A DNA stretch of 64,000 nt from Candidatus Hydrogenedentota bacterium (lineage in GTDB: Bacteria; Hydrogenedentota; Hydrogenedentia; Hydrogenedentales; JAEUWI01): NCBI GenBank assembly GCA_034669905.1, contig JAXMOL010000009.1:64001-128000 (forward strand), given 5' to 3'. The notes below the pieces were generated by a model. The model made no database searches. It worked only from the letters and a program-made list of their open reading frames with translations, and had not been told where the DNA came from. Of the stretch, positions 29,068-39,071 are shown piece by piece (position 1 is the first letter of the stretch; each line of letters begins with the position of its first letter). Both the position numbers and the translations under genes were made by a program.

Positions 29068-31341
29068 CTAAATAAATCGGTAGAGCCAGCGGGGGATATG
29101 AAACTGTCGTTTGTTGAATACCACGCCAAGCATGTTGGCCTCGGCACGTTGTAGCAGCATCTGGGTGTACAGGGCGACCGGCTTGCGGGTCGATTCGGCC
29201 TCGACAACCCACAAGACCCCATCTGCTATCTCGGAGAGCAGGAGCGTAGAGGCATTAGGGGAGACGAAGGGCGCATCGATAATGGTGTAGTCGTAGGTCG
29301 TCTTCCACGCATCGATCTTCTCGTTGATATCGACCTTGTCGAAGAAGCGGGCTTCGCTCAGGTAGGTCAGTTCATCACCCAGCTTGCCGGCGGGCACAAA
29401 GTCGAGCCCGGAAATCTCCGTACTGACCACGATGTCCTTCGCAACGCTCCGCTCATTCAGCAGGTCCACCATCCCCGGTGTCTGTGGGCACTGGAGGGCT
29501 TCGTGGAGCGAGGGACGACTGATCTGCGCGTCCACGAGCAAGACCCGGTTGGCACCCGAGGCCGCCAGGGTAAACGCCAGATTCGTCGCGATAGTCGAGG
29601 CCCCTTCACCGACGGCGCTGCTGGTTACCACCAGGCAACGCTTCGGATTATCGGTGGAGTGGGTCCCGATGATGGCGTCGCTGAGCCCCTTATACTGCTC
29701 GCGCACGGCGGGGGGGAGCGTCCAGCCTCCGGGCCCCTTGTGAAGCTGACACTGGCGGGCGGAAACCCGCTTGGCGAAGATTCCCCTGCCCCGGGGACGC
29801 GCGATGGCGGCGAGCACGGGCACGCCGAGTTCCCGTTCCACATCATCGGGCTTCTTGAAGGAGTCGTCCAGGTATTCCAGGATGAAGGCAAAGGTGATGC
29901 CGCCGAAAAGGGCAAGGAAAAAGCCCATGACCACGTTTAACAGTCGGCGGGGCCGCACGTTGTCCACCGTCATCGTGGGGCTCTGGACGATGCTGATGTT
30001 GGAAAGCTGCTGAATTTCCAACTCCCGATTGATGCGGGCCTGTTCCATTTTTTCCAGGTAGGTTCGGTAATTGGATTCCTGAATACCCATGTTTCGTTCC
30101 ATACGCTGGGCATCCAGGCCCGTTTGTATAAGTTGGTTCAGGGAATCCATCGACTGAAGCAGTTGCTCGTTCAACGCGGTGGCCTGGGCATCAATGCCAC
30201 GGAGGCTGGCCTGCTGTTTCAGCGTCGAGCTTAATATATCCTGGTACACCGTGTTTGTGCCGTCGATATCCTCGGTCAGCGTAGCCGCTTCGGCCTCCAG
30301 GAGGGCTTCGGCCTGCGCGATTTCTTCGCGAATAGACTGGACCGGTGGGCTGCTCTCCTCATACTTCGCCAGGAGGCGCTGCTCCTGAATGCGCAGGTCG
30401 AAAAGATCCTCACGCATGGCATTGGCCGTCAGGTTGGGGATACCGGATTTCTTCTGGACCGCCACCAATTGGGGGAGCTCCATGCTGTTGCGGCGAAGGG
30501 ATTCCAGCGCGGCAGAGGCGGCCGCCCGATTCCCCAATGTCTCGTCGATAGACTGCTTCAGGGTATCGATACGGGCCATGAGCAGCGTCTGCGCTTCATT
30601 GAAGGTGGTAACACCATATTGCAGTTTGAGTTGCTGCAGTCGGTCTTCCTCGGCTTCGAGGGCGGTCTTCAGGGCGGCGGCCTGCTCTTCAAAGAACTGA
30701 AGTGAGCCGGAGGCCTGGTACACCTCAATATGACGCTCTATGTAGGCATCGAGCAGAAACTGCAACGCGTCGTGGGCCAATTGGGGATGGTACGCATCCA
30801 AGGTCAGCGTGATGATGGCGCTCTGCTTGCCCACCTCAATCTGAAGGTCATCCATGAAGGCTTCGATAGCGTCTTCACGACGGGCTTCCGCCGCGCTTTG
30901 TGCGCCGGAAGGGCCATCACCAGGAGTTAACAAATCGTCAAACCAATCGATGGCTACCAGGAAGAAGTTCTTTTCACCGGATTTTAGCTTCGCGTCACGG
31001 GGCGAAAGAAAGGATTCGTGGCCAAATTCGTCCACGACCTTCGCCGCCAGTTCACGACTTTTCATCAGCTCGATACCCGACGCAATATCGGAATCGCGCG
31101 ACTGTCCTACCGAAAGGATTGGATTGATATCGTTGCTCAACGTGGGGTCGGCAAGACTCTCCTTACCCAGCCGGATTAGGACCTTGGCCTCCGACTGGTA
31201 GACCGAGGGCGCGATCACGGTGGCCAATATGACCGCCACAACGACGGTGACGAAGAAAAGTAGGATCCGTTTTTCCTGGCGAAAGAGGATAAAAAGGACA
31301 TCGCGCAGCGTCGCGCTGTTCTCGCTTGGCATCGGGCTCAC
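29068..31341 (-). CDS. wzc: Wzc/GumC polysaccharide co-polymerase with a BY-kinase-like domain (degenerate Walker A)
   Basis: Two TM helices flanking a coiled-coil; VTSSAVGEGAST, VLLVDA, IIDAP. Confidence 0.85.
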   Translation of the reverse strand: MSPMPSENSATLRDVLFILFRQEKRILLFFVTVVVAVILATVIAPSVYQSEAKVLIRLGKESLADPTLSNDINPILSVGQSRDSDIASGIELMKSRELAAKVVDEFGHESFLSPRDAKLKSGEKNFFLVAIDWFDDLLTPGDGPSGAQSAAEARREDAIEAFMDDLQIEVGKQSAIITLTLDAYHPQLAHDALQFLLDAYIERHIEVYQASGSLQFFEEQAAALKTALEAEEDRLQQLKLQYGVTTFNEAQTLLMARIDTLKQSIDETLGNRAAASAALESLRRNSMELPQLVAVQKKSGIPNLTANAMREDLFDLRIQEQRLLAKYEESSPPVQSIREEIAQAEALLEAEAATLTEDIDGTNTVYQDILSSTLKQQASLRGIDAQATALNEQLLQSMDSLNQLIQTGLDAQRMERNMGIQESNYRTYLEKMEQARINRELEIQQLSNISIVQSPTMTVDNVRPRRLLNVVMGFFLALFGGITFAFILEYLDDSFKKPDDVERELGVPVLAAIARPRGRGIFAKRVSARQCQLHKGPGGWTLPPAVREQYKGLSDAIIGTHSTDNPKRCLVVTSSAVGEGASTIATNLAFTLAASGANRVLLVDAQISRPSLHEALQCPQTPGMVDLLNERSVAKDIVVSTEISGLDFVPAGKLGDELTYLSEARFFDKVDINEKIDAWKTTYDYTIIDAPFVSPNASTLLLSEIADGVLWVVEAESTRKPVALYTQMLLQRAEANMLGVVFNKRQFHIPRWLYRFI

Positions 31342-31350
31342 AGTGGGTTC

Positions 31351-32079
31351 CTAGCGTTCGGTCGTATTGGTCTTGCCGTGAATATAAGAGTCGCTGTAGG
31401 TATAGGACATACTCATATCCGGCAGGAGGTCGTAGAAGTGCTGATCAAGCCAGGTGTTCAAATGGCGTATCTGGGAGGTGGGCACATAGACGATATCTTC
31501 CGGACGCAATTCCAACGGGCTGGTCTCTTCGCCACGCAGGGCGGCTGCCAAATCGATTACCGTACCCACACGCTTGCCGTCGCTATGGCGGATTACAACC
31601 ACGGAATCGGGGGCGGCGGTGGTGGTGTTAAAGCCCCCGGCATACATGATGGCCTGAAGGGCTGTAATGCGACCCTGCATATCAATGGGGCCCGGGGCGA
31701 CAACCTCTCCACTCACATACACCCGCTCGATGGGGCGGCTGCGGGCAATCACGGCAATGTCTGCATTCTTGAGAATGCCCGCGTAACGTTCCAACAGCGC
31801 AAGGCGAAGGCTCTCGGTCGATTCCCCTTCTGCCGTGACTTCACCTACCAACTGGAGGTCTACTGTGCCGTCCCGGCGGATGGTTTGGACCTCGTTCAGC
31901 TCCGGATGATAAAAGAACTTGAACTCCAGCACATCCCCAATGGCGAAGGTGGTGGGCGACGCGGTCGGCAGCCCATCCAGTTCGCTGCGGGTCAGCACCG
32001 GGTTATGGTGAAGGCATCCGGCTAACAGACCGGTGACGAGCATGACAATCATGAAACGATAACGGTACAATCCTGGCAC
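31351..32079 (-). CDS. wza: Wza-type polysaccharide export lipoprotein
   Basis: Lipobox LLAGC; IGDVLE, IRRDGTVDLQLVGEV, VYVSGEV..PG, LRPEDIVYVP. Confidence 0.88.
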   Translation of the reverse strand: MPGLYRYRFMIVMLVTGLLAGCLHHNPVLTRSELDGLPTASPTTFAIGDVLEFKFFYHPELNEVQTIRRDGTVDLQLVGEVTAEGESTESLRLALLERYAGILKNADIAVIARSRPIERVYVSGEVVAPGPIDMQGRITALQAIMYAGGFNTTTAAPDSVVVIRHSDGKRVGTVIDLAAALRGEETSPLELRPEDIVYVPTSQIRHLNTWLDQHFYDLLPDMSMSYTYSDSYIHGKTNTTER

Positions 32080-32325
32080 CTCAAAAGTTGAACTTCACCT
32101 GCACAACGGAACTCCTGCTCCGTCGTGTTGGCGTATTCTGTGCCGAAATACCCACACCGGCCACGCCTTACTTCGATTATATACCATCGTGTAAAGAAAT
32201 ATCGAAAGAGAATGGTAGTGGATGACATTGTACCCCCAAGTGCGGTGAATGTATTCCCACAGGGGTCCCCTCAATGGAAACTCGTGGGCGTGTAGATTCC
32301 CCATAACCTGAAATACAACAAGGAG

Positions 32326-33276
32326 ATGAACATGTTAACTCGTATGGTACCGCTGGCGCTCAGCGTAGGGGCGCTGCTCTTACTTCCCGCCGCCGCCCTC
32401 GAATTGGGGGATGCCGCGCCCGACCTGAGCGTGGGTGGGGTGGTCAAGGGCGAGCCCGTAAAAACCGATCTGAGCGAACTCGGCGAGGTATACGTCGTCG
32501 AATTCTGGGCCACCTGGTGCGGCCCCTGCCGTCAAAGCATTCCCCATTTGACCGAGTTGCAAGAGAAGTTCAAGGACAAAGGGGTCCGGGTCATTGGATT
32601 CTCCGATGAGAGCGAGGAGCAGGTGAAGGGCTTCGTCGACGACATGGGCGAGCAAATGGATTACACCGTTGCCATCGACAAAGGCAAGAAAACGTGGGAA
32701 AGCTACGCGGGGCCCTTTGGCGTTACCGGCATTCCCCATGCCTTCGTGGTAGACCGTAGTGGAACCCTCGTCTGGCAGGGTCACCCCATGGCGGGACTGG
32801 ACGAAGTGGTGGAAAAGGTCGTCGCCGGCAACTTTGATCTTGGTGATGTCCGCGAACGGGCCAAAATGGAAAAAATGCGTGAGGAGATGAGTGAACTCAC
32901 CATGCTTTGGGCCCAGGAGTACATCGTGCTGGCCCGCTATGGACGCAACACGGACGAGGCCGATGCGGTCGCAAAGAAGCTCCTGGAGAGCGGCTACGAT
33001 GACCCGGTCTTTTTCGGACAGGTCGCCTGGACCCTCTTCAGCAACGAAAACCTGGCCTATAAGAACGATGCATTCGCCATGGCCCTCGCCAAGCGTGCAA
33101 ACGAATTGGCCGAAGGCAAGTCGGCCGATATTCTCGACACCCTGGCGCTCGGTCTCTTCAAGGCCGGTAAGAAGGAAGAGGCCATCGCGACGCAGAAAAA
33201 GGCCATCGAAATCTGCGACAACGACGAACTTCTGGCGCAACTGAAAGAACGGCTTGCACGGTACGAAGGTTCCTGA
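32326..33276 (+). CDS. Exported TlpA-like redoxin with a C-terminal TPR-like domain
   Basis: EFWATWCGPC, GIPHAF, ILDTLA...EEAIATQKKAI. Confidence 0.88.
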   Translation: MNMLTRMVPLALSVGALLLLPAAALELGDAAPDLSVGGVVKGEPVKTDLSELGEVYVVEFWATWCGPCRQSIPHLTELQEKFKDKGVRVIGFSDESEEQVKGFVDDMGEQMDYTVAIDKGKKTWESYAGPFGVTGIPHAFVVDRSGTLVWQGHPMAGLDEVVEKVVAGNFDLGDVRERAKMEKMREEMSELTMLWAQEYIVLARYGRNTDEADAVAKKLLESGYDDPVFFGQVAWTLFSNENLAYKNDAFAMALAKRANELAEGKSADILDTLALGLFKAGKKEEAIATQKKAIEICDNDELLAQLKERLARYEGS

Positions 33277-33309
33277 CCTTCCACCGAGCATGATGCAATG
33301 ACTTCGCCC

Positions 33310-33354
33310 CGCCCGGGATGTCCTGAAAGGGATTTTTCCGGGCGGCGTCTTTTT
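33310..33354 (+). terminator. Putative intrinsic terminator after the redoxin gene
   Basis: CGCCCGG...CCGGGCG stem followed by a T run. Confidence 0.5.
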
Positions 33355-33478
33355 GGCCCGTGTATCTGTTTTGTGGCGGGTCTCAAATGCTATTATCAGG
33401 GCCGGTTTGACCCCTCCATCTCCCATGGAACGGCAGGTCTTCAGGCCCAACCCCAAAACGCATTCCAGCAGGTTTCTT

Positions 33479-34135
33479 ATGCACTTAGCCGAAGGTATCG
33501 TGACTTCACCCCTGGTTCTTGGTGGCGGCGTTCTCCTCGCGGGGGGCGGTGTGGCCATGGGCCTGCGGAAACTCGATGAAGCCCATGCCCTGCGCACCGC
33601 CGTCCTTGGCTCCGGGTTCTTTGTGGCGTCGCTGGTGCACATTCCCCTTGCGGGCGTCAGTGTCCATCTCACACTCACCGGTCTACTGGGTATCGTGCTC
33701 GGGTGGGCCGCCTTTCCGGCCGTGCTGATCGGGCTCGTGCTCCAACTGGTGCTTTTCGGTTTCGGAGGTATCACTACCCTGGGACTCAATACCTGTATCA
33801 TGGCCCTGCCAGCCGTCGCCGTGTACTACGCCCGTAACGGGCTCTCTGGCACGAAGTCGGGCAAGGTGCCGTCACCATGGCTCTCCGGCCTGCTCGGTGG
33901 CGTGGCCGTGGCCTTATCGGCCCTCCTGCTGGGTCTGATACTCTGCACCGCCGGGGAAGACTTTTTTGCCATCGCAGGGGGTATTCTGCTGGCACATATC
34001 CCCGTCATGCTTGTCGAGTCCGGCGTCACGGCTTCGGCAGTAGGATTCCTTCACAAGGTAAGCCCCGAATTGTTATCCGGCCATGCCCTCGAAGACGATA
34101 CGGCCACGGAGGAGTCACCCGTCTCATGCGATTGA
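33479..34135 (+). CDS. cbiM: ECF Co/Ni transporter S component
   Basis: N-terminus MHLAEG; SVHL, FGFGGITTLGLN, HIPVMLVE. Confidence 0.9.
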   Translation: MHLAEGIVTSPLVLGGGVLLAGGGVAMGLRKLDEAHALRTAVLGSGFFVASLVHIPLAGVSVHLTLTGLLGIVLGWAAFPAVLIGLVLQLVLFGFGGITTLGLNTCIMALPAVAVYYARNGLSGTKSGKVPSPWLSGLLGGVAVALSALLLGLILCTAGEDFFAIAGGILLAHIPVMLVESGVTASAVGFLHKVSPELLSGHALEDDTATEESPVSCD

Positions 34136-34698
34136 TTGCTATCACGTTGACCGGCCTCATCGTGCTCGCCGTGCCGTTGCGCGCGCAGGCCCACGGTGTC
34201 GATCTCTTCGCGCGGGTAGAGGGGGCCAATCTCGTGGGTTCCATGGCCTATGCCGATGGAACCCCGGTTGCTCACCGGCCGGTAAAGGCCTTCGCGCCCG
34301 ACGGTGCCCTCCTGGAAGAAACCCAGACAGACGATGCCGGGCATTTTACCCTGCCCATTCGTGCCAAGGTGCGCCACCGATTAATCGGAGAAGCCGGGGA
34401 GGGGCACCGAGGTCTTTACACGGTGCCGGAATCGGAATTTCTGGGTGCTTCTGTCGCCATGGAAGGGGATGCCGTTGTGACCGACGGCGGCGGGATGTCC
34501 AGCGAGGATACCCCCGTTACCATGGAGACGGTCGAGTCGGTGGTGGCCCGGCAGTTGGGACCCCTCCGCGATCAGCTTCATGCCCATGAGAAAAAGGTCC
34601 GGTTGCAGGATGCTATCGGAGGCATCGGCTACGTCTTCGGCGTCCTCGGGCTCTATGTCTTGCTCCGGCAGCGTCTCGCCCGCGGGGGCTCCCGCTGA
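34126..34698 (+). CDS. CbiL/NikL-like accessory membrane component
   Basis: AQAHGVDLFA signal/His start; C-terminal LQDAIGGIGYVFG TM helix; lies between cbiM and cbiQ. Confidence 0.75.
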   Translation: MRLIAITLTGLIVLAVPLRAQAHGVDLFARVEGANLVGSMAYADGTPVAHRPVKAFAPDGALLEETQTDDAGHFTLPIRAKVRHRLIGEAGEGHRGLYTVPESEFLGASVAMEGDAVVTDGGGMSSEDTPVTMETVESVVARQLGPLRDQLHAHEKKVRLQDAIGGIGYVFGVLGLYVLLRQRLARGGSR

Positions 34699-35448
34699 AT
34701 GGATATTATCCTTTTCAACGACAAAGGATCGTGGGTCCACCGTCTTGACCCCCGTGCCCGTCTCATCGGTGCGACCGTACTGACCGTAGTTTTGTCGCAG
34801 ATAGACCATATTGCGGTCTTGGGACTCGGATGTGTCATCGGCGTGGCGGGATTGTGCTTCGCACGGGTGCCCCTGGCGGCTTCCCTGCAGCGTCTGGTAC
34901 CCCTCAACGCGCTGACAGGATTCCTGTTTGTGGTGCTTCTTTTTGTGACGCCCGGTGATGTCCTGTTTCGCATCGGCTCCGTCGACGCCAGCGCCGAGGG
35001 GCTACACCGTGCTTCCGTGATTCTCTTCAAGGCAAACGCCATCGTCCTGCTGCTCACCAGCCTCGTGGGAACCATCGAGTTCGTCGCCTTGGGCCGCGCC
35101 TTGGAGCAATTGCGTGTGCCGACGAAGCTCGTGCATATCTTGCTCTTCACCGTGCGCTATATTGACCTGATGCTGATGGAGTACGAGCGCCTTTCGCAGG
35201 CCGCATTGCTACGTGGCTTTCAGCCCGGAATCAACCGGCACACCTTGCGTACCACCGGCCACCTCATCGGAATGGTGTTGGTACGTAGCTACGAACGTGG
35301 CGGACGAATGGTGGAGGCCATGAAACTCCGTGGTTACGATGGTACCCTGCGCTGGGCACACCCCACGGCATTTCAGCAACGGGATCTCTGTTTCCTGACG
35401 GGGGTCGGCGGGATGGCGCTCCTCTTAATCGGCGTGGCGTGGCAATGA
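34699..35448 (+). CDS. cbiQ: ECF T component
   Basis: HRLDPR, FTVRYI, LRGF, AMKLRGY. Confidence 0.9.
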   Translation: MDIILFNDKGSWVHRLDPRARLIGATVLTVVLSQIDHIAVLGLGCVIGVAGLCFARVPLAASLQRLVPLNALTGFLFVVLLFVTPGDVLFRIGSVDASAEGLHRASVILFKANAIVLLLTSLVGTIEFVALGRALEQLRVPTKLVHILLFTVRYIDLMLMEYERLSQAALLRGFQPGINRHTLRTTGHLIGMVLVRSYERGGRMVEAMKLRGYDGTLRWAHPTAFQQRDLCFLTGVGGMALLLIGVAWQ

Positions 35449-36080
35449 GTGAGCCCCTGATCGCACTTCAAGAGATAGCCTTCTCTTATCCGGGGGCGGA
35501 GCCGCTCTTCGAAGGGTTTGAGTTTTCCCTGTCGGCTGGCGACCGGGTGGCGCTCACGGGACCCAACGGGAGCGGGAAAAGTACGCTCCTTCATCTGATC
35601 ACCGGGCTCCTGCGCCCTCAGTCGGGGAAATTGTGGGCCTTCGGCAAAAACCGGACGCGCGAAAGTGACTTTCGTGAGGTGCGTCGGCGGGCCGGCTACT
35701 TATTGCAAGACAGCGACGACCAGCTCTTTTCGCCCACCGTGCTTGATGACGTGATGTTTGGCCCCCTGAATTACGGGCTGTCGCATGATGTGGCCCGGGA
35801 ACGGGCACGGCGCGTACTGTCGGACTTGGGATTGAGCGCCCATGAGGAGCGGGTGACCTATAAGCTCTCCGGCGGAGAAAAACGTCTGGTTGCCCTGGCC
35901 GCGGTGCTCGCCATGGAGCCCGATGTGCTCTTACTGGATGAGCCCACGGCCGGCCTGGATGTCAAGACGGAAGGGAGGCTCGTGGAGGTGCTGACCGGGC
36001 TGCCCCAGGATATCGTTCTGGTCTCCCACAATGCGGGCTTCATGGAGAGAATCGCCAACCGGGCCGTGGTTCTGGATTAG
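35445..36080 (+). CDS. cbiO: ECF ATPase
   Basis: GPNGSGKST, DQLFSPTV, LSGGEK, LLLDEPT. Confidence 0.9.
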   Translation: MSEPLIALQEIAFSYPGAEPLFEGFEFSLSAGDRVALTGPNGSGKSTLLHLITGLLRPQSGKLWAFGKNRTRESDFREVRRRAGYLLQDSDDQLFSPTVLDDVMFGPLNYGLSHDVARERARRVLSDLGLSAHEERVTYKLSGGEKRLVALAAVLAMEPDVLLLDEPTAGLDVKTEGRLVEVLTGLPQDIVLVSHNAGFMERIANRAVVLD

Positions 36081-36445
36081 CGGCAGTCGCGACACCGCCC
36101 ATAGATGAACACTTCGTGATCCTCCATGACGAACCCATCGGGTACGAGGCGCTCAAGATCACCGGGGCACCCATCCATTTCGAACATGCGCCCACATTGC
36201 TTACAACTGAAGTGGTGATGGTGATCTTTGCCAGCCAGTTCGTAGCGCTGGGGTTCGCCCGGTACGTCCACCACCATAACGGCGCCGGCTTCGGTCAGGC
36301 TTTTCAGCGTACGATACACGGTGGCCAGCCCCATCTGAGGGACCGCTGACTGTGCCCCTTCCAACAGTTCCTGGGGGGTGAGGGGGCGGTTTTCCTGATT
36401 GAAGACGCCCCGAATAGCCCGGCGCTGTGCCGTATCACGTTGCAC
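36077..36445 (-). CDS. Fur-family regulator (Zur-like by context)
   Basis: TAQRRAI, LATVYRTL, HHHHFSCKQC, GRCRDC; GTG start at 36445 with AGGGGA RBS. Confidence 0.88.
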   Translation of the reverse strand: MQRDTAQRRAIRGVFNQENRPLTPQELLEGAQSAVPQMGLATVYRTLKSLTEAGAVMVVDVPGEPQRYELAGKDHHHHFSCKQCGRMFEMDGCPGDLERLVPDGFVMEDHEVFIYGRCRDCR

Positions 36446-36470
36446 GGTGAGGATTCCCCTTGCATATGTT

Positions 36471-36490
36471 ATTGATATTAATTTATCATT
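36471..36490. promoter_or_regulatory. Candidate Fur/Zur operator
   Basis: ATTGATA-TTAATT-TATCATT inverted repeat in the AT-rich spacer between the divergent Fur-family and znuA genes. Confidence 0.5.
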
Positions 36491-36594
36491 AAAAGTGGCA
36501 ATAAAGGTACTCCCCACTATAACAAAGTCCCCGGTGACTTCGGAAGGGGCTTGGTACTTCGCAAAATTCTTTCGGTAGGGATGACCCAATTTCT

Positions 36595-37509
36595 ATGTTC
36601 CAGTATCTCCATCAGGCGGGCCGCGTGGTACGAAGCCTCGTACTCGTAGCGGCAGTAGCCGCGTCTTCTCTGGGGTGCCAGCCAACCGAATCACCCAAGG
36701 GGGACTTCGTCGCAACGATCCCGCCGCTCAAAATGATTCTCGACCCACTCATTTCGGGGCGAAAGACGGTGACTTCGCTGTTGCCACCCGGCGCTTCGCC
36801 CCATACCTTTACCTTGAGTCCCTCAGATGCCATTGCCCTGGAGTCCTCGGAGGCCATCTTTTATATCGATACTGAATTGGACGGTTGGGTGGTTGGCGTG
36901 GGAGGGGAGAAAGCCTGCGCCGTTTTGGATCTGGTGCCGGATACCTTCCGAATGGCCTACCCCGAGCTACTCGGCCATGGGCATGACAGCGTGCCCCATG
37001 GCGATACGAACCCCCATTTCTGGACGGACCCCCAAGCCGTTGCCGCATTGGTGCCCGGCCTGCTCCAGAAACTCATCGCGCTTGACCCCGAAGGCCGTGA
37101 CCACTACGAAGCCAATGCGACCGCCTTTCTGGCGCAACTGGCAAAACTGGACCAAACGATGCGCGAGCAGATGGAAGGGCTTTCGGACGTGCCGATCGTG
37201 GCGTTCCACCCTTCCTGGAGCTATTTTTGCGCCCGCTACGGGCTCGACGTGGTCGCCTATGTGGAGCCCATTCCCGGCAAGGAAATGTCGCCGCAGACCA
37301 TTGTTGCGATACGCAATCAGCTGGCCGGTGCCGAACGGGTACTGGTGCTTTCGGAAGTGCAGTTGCCCCGAAAATCAGCAGACGCCCTGGCAGAGGCCCT
37401 GGGGGCCACCGTTGAGGAGATTGACCCGCTCGGCGGGCGCGCGCCTCTGGCGGTGTACGAAGACTTGATCCTGCATAACGCGCAGAAATTGAAGGCGGCC
37501 CTGCAATGA
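36595..37509 (+). CDS. znuA: Zn/Mn ABC transporter substrate-binding lipoprotein
   Basis: SLGC lipobox; GASPHTF, short His-rich loop, NPHFWTDP, FHPSWSYF. Confidence 0.85.
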   Translation: MFQYLHQAGRVVRSLVLVAAVAASSLGCQPTESPKGDFVATIPPLKMILDPLISGRKTVTSLLPPGASPHTFTLSPSDAIALESSEAIFYIDTELDGWVVGVGGEKACAVLDLVPDTFRMAYPELLGHGHDSVPHGDTNPHFWTDPQAVAALVPGLLQKLIALDPEGRDHYEANATAFLAQLAKLDQTMREQMEGLSDVPIVAFHPSWSYFCARYGLDVVAYVEPIPGKEMSPQTIVAIRNQLAGAERVLVLSEVQLPRKSADALAEALGATVEEIDPLGGRAPLAVYEDLILHNAQKLKAALQ

Positions 37510-38261
37510 GCGGACCCGTGATAGAGGCCAGCGACGTGTCCGTCGCATTCGGCGATCACTTCGCGCTCAAAGATGTCCATATCGCCGTGCCTCCGTCGTC
37601 CTTCACAGCGATTATCGGACCGAATGGCGCGGGGAAGAGTACCCTGTTAAAAGTGTTGCTCGGCCTTCTGGTACCCACCACAGGCCGGGTTCGGGTTTTG
37701 GGCGGTGCACCGGAAGCGCTGGACCGCAACGCGCTCGCCTATGTGCCCCAAAAGAAAACCTTTGCAACGCAATTCCCGGCGACCGTACTGGAACTCGTGG
37801 TCAGTGGCATCACCGGGGGGTGGCCCTGGCGTATATCCAAGGCCTATCGAGACCGGGCCCTGGCTGTTATGGAGCAGACCGGTGTGACGAACCTGGCCGA
37901 TCAGTCCGTGCGTGCCCTCTCGGGGGGCGAACTACAACGGGCCTTCCTCGCCCGCAGCCTGGTCAACACCCCGCAGATTCTTCTGCTCGATGAACCGGCC
38001 GCTGGCATGGATATGCGCGGGGAAGCGGCCATGTACCACATTCTCTGCGACTACCAATCGAAACAGGGTGCGACCGTCATGATGATCACCCACGACTGGG
38101 AGGGGGCCCGTTACCATGCCGACAAGGTGCTCCTCCTCGATCGCACCGTCGTAGACTACGGCCCCGCACGGGAAGTCGCCTCCGAGGAGCGGCTGCTTTC
38201 CTTCTTCGGACACCGAGGCCATGTGCATGCCACCCACGGAGAGGCAGCTCCTCATGCTTGA
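37506..38261 (+). CDS. znuC: Zn/Mn ABC transporter ATPase
   Basis: GPNGAGKST, YVPQ, LSGGELQR, LLLDEP. Confidence 0.85.
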   Translation: MSGPVIEASDVSVAFGDHFALKDVHIAVPPSSFTAIIGPNGAGKSTLLKVLLGLLVPTTGRVRVLGGAPEALDRNALAYVPQKKTFATQFPATVLELVVSGITGGWPWRISKAYRDRALAVMEQTGVTNLADQSVRALSGGELQRAFLARSLVNTPQILLLDEPAAGMDMRGEAAMYHILCDYQSKQGATVMMITHDWEGARYHADKVLLLDRTVVDYGPAREVASEERLLSFFGHRGHVHATHGEAAPHA

Positions 38262-39060
38262 GATGATGGCCTTTCCCTTCATGCAGCGCGCCTTCGTCGG
38301 GGGGCTGCTCATTGCCCTTATGGCCAGCTTTTATGGCCCATTTATCGTGCAACGCCGCCTCGCTTTTCTCGGTAGCGGACTCGCCCATGGAGCCTTTGGC
38401 GGGGTCGCCCTCGGTATGTTTCTTGGCCAGGAACCCCTACTGGTGGCCATCCCCTTCACGGTGCTCGTGGCCGTGGCCATCGTGTGGGTGCGCTCACGGA
38501 CGGATTTAGAGGCGGACACGGCCATCGGCGTCTTCATTTCCTTGTCCATGGCGCTGGGGATCGTTTTCCTCTACCTGCGCGAAGGCAATGCGACCGACGC
38601 CACCGCCTACCTCTTCGGGTCCATACTGGCCCTGAATTCCTACGATCTCTATCTCACCCTGGTAGCCCTGGCAGGCTGCCTGCTAAGTGTACCCCTATGG
38701 TCGCGTTGGGCCTATGCCACGTTTGATGAAACCCTCGCCCGGGTGGACCGCCATGCAGTAATGCGGGATGAGTACATACTACTCGTGTCGGTCGCGATTC
38801 TGGTGGTTATTTCGGTAAAAATCGTTGGGATTCTGCTGGTCTCGGCCTTTCTCGTGATTCCCGCCGCATGCGCCCGCCTTCTCTCCCGAAGATTTATTCA
38901 TATGATGTGGTGGACCCTGTTGGTCAACGCCGGTGGGGTGGTCGTAGGCTTGGTGGCGTCTTATGTGGCCAACGTGCCCAGCGGACCCGCAATCATCCTC
39001 GTACAGTCCGCAGCCTTTGGTTTGGCCTTCCTCTTCCGGCGGCTTGCAGGCACCCCCTGA
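38254..39060 (+). CDS. znuB: Zn/Mn ABC transporter permease
   Basis: FMQRAF, GLAHGA, YLFGSIL, VGILLV, PSGPAI. Confidence 0.85.
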   Translation: MLEMMAFPFMQRAFVGGLLIALMASFYGPFIVQRRLAFLGSGLAHGAFGGVALGMFLGQEPLLVAIPFTVLVAVAIVWVRSRTDLEADTAIGVFISLSMALGIVFLYLREGNATDATAYLFGSILALNSYDLYLTLVALAGCLLSVPLWSRWAYATFDETLARVDRHAVMRDEYILLVSVAILVVISVKIVGILLVSAFLVIPAACARLLSRRFIHMMWWTLLVNAGGVVVGLVASYVANVPSGPAIILVQSAAFGLAFLFRRLAGTP

Positions 39061-39071
39061 CGCACGCGCGA

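Noticed and set aside
32380..33801. 473-aa minus-strand ORF
   Set aside because: Overlaps the redoxin and cbiM genes, which have clear motifs on the plus strand.
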